Positions 62,207 to 64,000 of a DNA stretch of 64,000 nucleotides are shown one piece after another; position 1 is the stretch's first letter, and each line of letters begins with the position of its first letter. Under the pieces are notes generated by a model. It had not been told where the DNA came from, did not search any database, and worked only from the letters and a program-made list of their open reading frames with translations. Source of the DNA: Synechococcus sp. (lineage in GTDB: Bacteria; Cyanobacteriota; Cyanobacteriia; PCC-6307; Cyanobiaceae); assembly GCA_047285535.1 (NCBI GenBank), contig JBJBDC010000001.1, forward strand, positions 864,136 to 928,135. Direction: 5' to 3'. The position numbers and the translations under genes are program-made.

Positions 62207-62689
62207 ATCAGGCCGAATGGTCAGCTGAAATTTATCATAAAATGACACTCAAGGCTCTTAACGTCTTAAATGTCATTTTATTAGAGACGTGAAACCCACT
62301 GAGCTTTTAAAGGCAATAGCAAAACTAATGCTTGGGCTGTCAATCAAGATAGCTTCTTAAATGTAAAAACTTAACATCAAAATTTGATTCCCAAGCTGGT
62401 CACCATAGAAACTAATCAATCATGACACTGCCATTTCATACAAATTATCAGAGCGCAGCCTGAAAGGTGTTGTTACCAGCGCCCAGAGGTTCCTAAAATT
62501 AAATCTTGTGATTACAGGAACAAGCTTCGTTCGGCTCCCTCGAGTAGGTTGAAGCATCCAATGAATGGATAGCGAAAACTGACACATCACTGACAACTCA
62601 GTGAATGAGGGTTTAGCAAAACCCAGTCACAGAGCCAATCAGTTGACAGGTCAGCGAAGCTCCATTCTGTGCTGTCCCTCGCTGGACTG

Positions 62690-63427
62690 ATGTCCGAATC
62701 CACCAACGGCCTTGAGTTGCATCCGCTGGTGATCTCCCTATCGGAGCAAATTCGCACCTGTAGGAAGGCTTTGCCTGATCTAAGTCCGCTATCGGTAGAT
62801 CCGGCCTTAGAAGCAATCAGCGGCATGCTGGATGGTGAATCGCTGTTCATTCGTAACGAGCTGCATCAATGCCTTGGTCTCAGAAAACTGCATCTTGAGA
62901 TTGCTCGACTGGGCATGGGATTACAGATCCTTCACTGCGTCTTTTTTCCTGATCCGCGTTTTGACTTACCCATTTTCGGTGCCGATATCGTTGCCAGTCC
63001 TGCAGGGATATCCGCTGCCATCGTTGATCTGTCGCCCGTAAGCGATGCACTACCTCCAACGATCAGCCAACCGCTCAGTGCTCTTCAGTTGCCGCCATTT
63101 CAGCAAGTGCGAGACCTGCCTGCGTGGGGAACTATTTTTTCGCCTTACGTCAAGTTCATTCGTCCGATCAACGAAGAAGAGCAAAGCTGGTTCGTTGATC
63201 TCGTTGCCGAATATCTCGAGATTCTTCGCCAAGCCATTGTGGGCACCGCCCCCAATAAGATTCATGAACTCAGTACGATCAATCGGCATCAAGGCCAACT
63301 TTCCTATTGCCAACAACAAAAACGCAACGACAAAACCCGACGAGTTCTAGAGAAAGCCTTCGGCAACGCCTGGGCCGATCGCTACATCACGGAGATGCTG
63401 TTCGACGATCCTCCTCCTCTTCAATGA
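62690..63427 (+). CDS. pcyA: Phycocyanobilin:ferredoxin oxidoreductase
   Basis: [44 protein letters not shown]. Confidence 0.97.
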   Translation: MSESTNGLELHPLVISLSEQIRTCRKALPDLSPLSVDPALEAISGMLDGESLFIRNELHQCLGLRKLHLEIARLGMGLQILHCVFFPDPRFDLPIFGADIVASPAGISAAIVDLSPVSDALPPTISQPLSALQLPPFQQVRDLPAWGTIFSPYVKFIRPINEEEQSWFVDLVAEYLEILRQAIVGTAPNKIHELSTINRHQGQLSYCQQQKRNDKTRRVLEKAFGNAWADRYITEMLFDDPPPLQ

Positions 63428-64000
63428 AGAGTGTTCCTCTGTGGTTAGCAGTTGGACTCCTTGGAGCTGCTGTACTAGGTGCTGGCCTATGGATCACGCG
63501 ACGGCCATCAACAGCCACGGTTTCCTCAGCTGCAGTTCAAAACGTGCGCGCGCCTGAAGCGGTAGCTGCCCTCGGTCAACTGAACCCAGCTGGTGATGTG
63601 CGGCGTTTGGCCGCTCCAAGCGGCAGTTTTGGCGGTATTCCTCGTGTGGCCTCACTGTTTGTTAACGAAGGCGACAGTGTTCAGAAAGGGCAAGTCTTGG
63701 CGATCTTTGATAACCGACCTCAAATCCAAGCTGACCTCGCTGAAATTGATGCAGAAATACGAACTTCTTCGATCGATGTAGAAAATCAAAAACGTGAGGT
63801 CGCGCGCTATGCCGCCGCGGCAAAGGTCGGTGCATCATCCATGGCTGTGTTGGAGGAAAAGCAAGACGAACTCACCAGCTTTCAACGGGAGGGAGTGGAG
63901 TTAATCGCCAGAAGACGAGGGCTAGAGGCTGAGCTGGCTGACAGTGCATTGATCTCACCCATTGATGGTGTAGTTCTGAAAATCAACAGTCGAGCAGGGG
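63424..64000 (+). CDS. DevB-like HlyD-family periplasmic adaptor, 3'-truncated by window edge
   Basis: [11 protein letters not shown]...[21 protein letters not shown]...V.EGD.V.KGQ.LA...SPIDG.VL; overlaps the pcyA stop. Confidence 0.9.
   Translation, partial: MKSVPLWLAVGLLGAAVLGAGLWITRRPSTATVSSAAVQNVRAPEAVAALGQLNPAGDVRRLAAPSGSFGGIPRVASLFVNEGDSVQKGQVLAIFDNRPQIQADLAEIDAEIRTSSIDVENQKREVARYAAAAKVGASSMAVLEEKQDELTSFQREGVELIARRRGLEAELADSALISPIDGVVLKINSRAG

Noticed and set aside
63424..64000. DevB-like adaptor as the dedicated exporter of the large surface protein
   Set aside because: It is translationally coupled to pcyA with core-like GC, so adjacency is probably incidental
1..64000. CRISPR arrays, IS/integrase genes, rRNA/tRNA, HIP1 enrichment, and the many short overlapping ORFs in the track
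   Set aside because: No repeat-spacer array, transposase, integrase or stable-RNA gene was recognised; GCGATCGC was noticed only a few times; short ORFs overlapping identified genes are shadows

Overview
Core-genome segment of a marine picocyanobacterium, most likely marine Synechococcus: apcF, pcyA, psb28 and gun4 are present, dnaE is unsplit and HIP1 octamers are scarce. The backbone runs dnaE(3' part)-PAM68-rpsO, ruvA, dnaG, umuDC, rlmH, dps, rsmA-ispE-pdhB-secDF, psb28-selU-gun4, glnA-apcF-aminotransferase-tadA, PBP-lspA-bioY-sipA, an M16 peptidase pair, and pcyA-devB-like. Several AT-rich accessory patches interrupt it (about 2.9-4.7, 5.7-8.3, 9.9-12.3, 16.9-21.8, 29.3-30.6 and 59.2-62.6 kb). 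Most notable candidates: (1) a ~75-nt Yfr1-like sRNA with two tandem CCUCACAC seeds, encoded divergently from a mosaic porin gene whose RBS region carries the complementary site; (2) a small ORF convergent with glnA that has a perfect NtcA box just upstream, reminiscent of the glnA/gifA arrangement; (3) an 884-aa RTX-like surface protein whose natural ATG is followed by an in-frame TGA at codon 5; (4) decayed SGNH hydrolase and DUF1651 pseudogenes. No rRNA, tRNA, CRISPR array or intact mobile element was seen. All calls come from reading the sequence by eye; no database searches were run.
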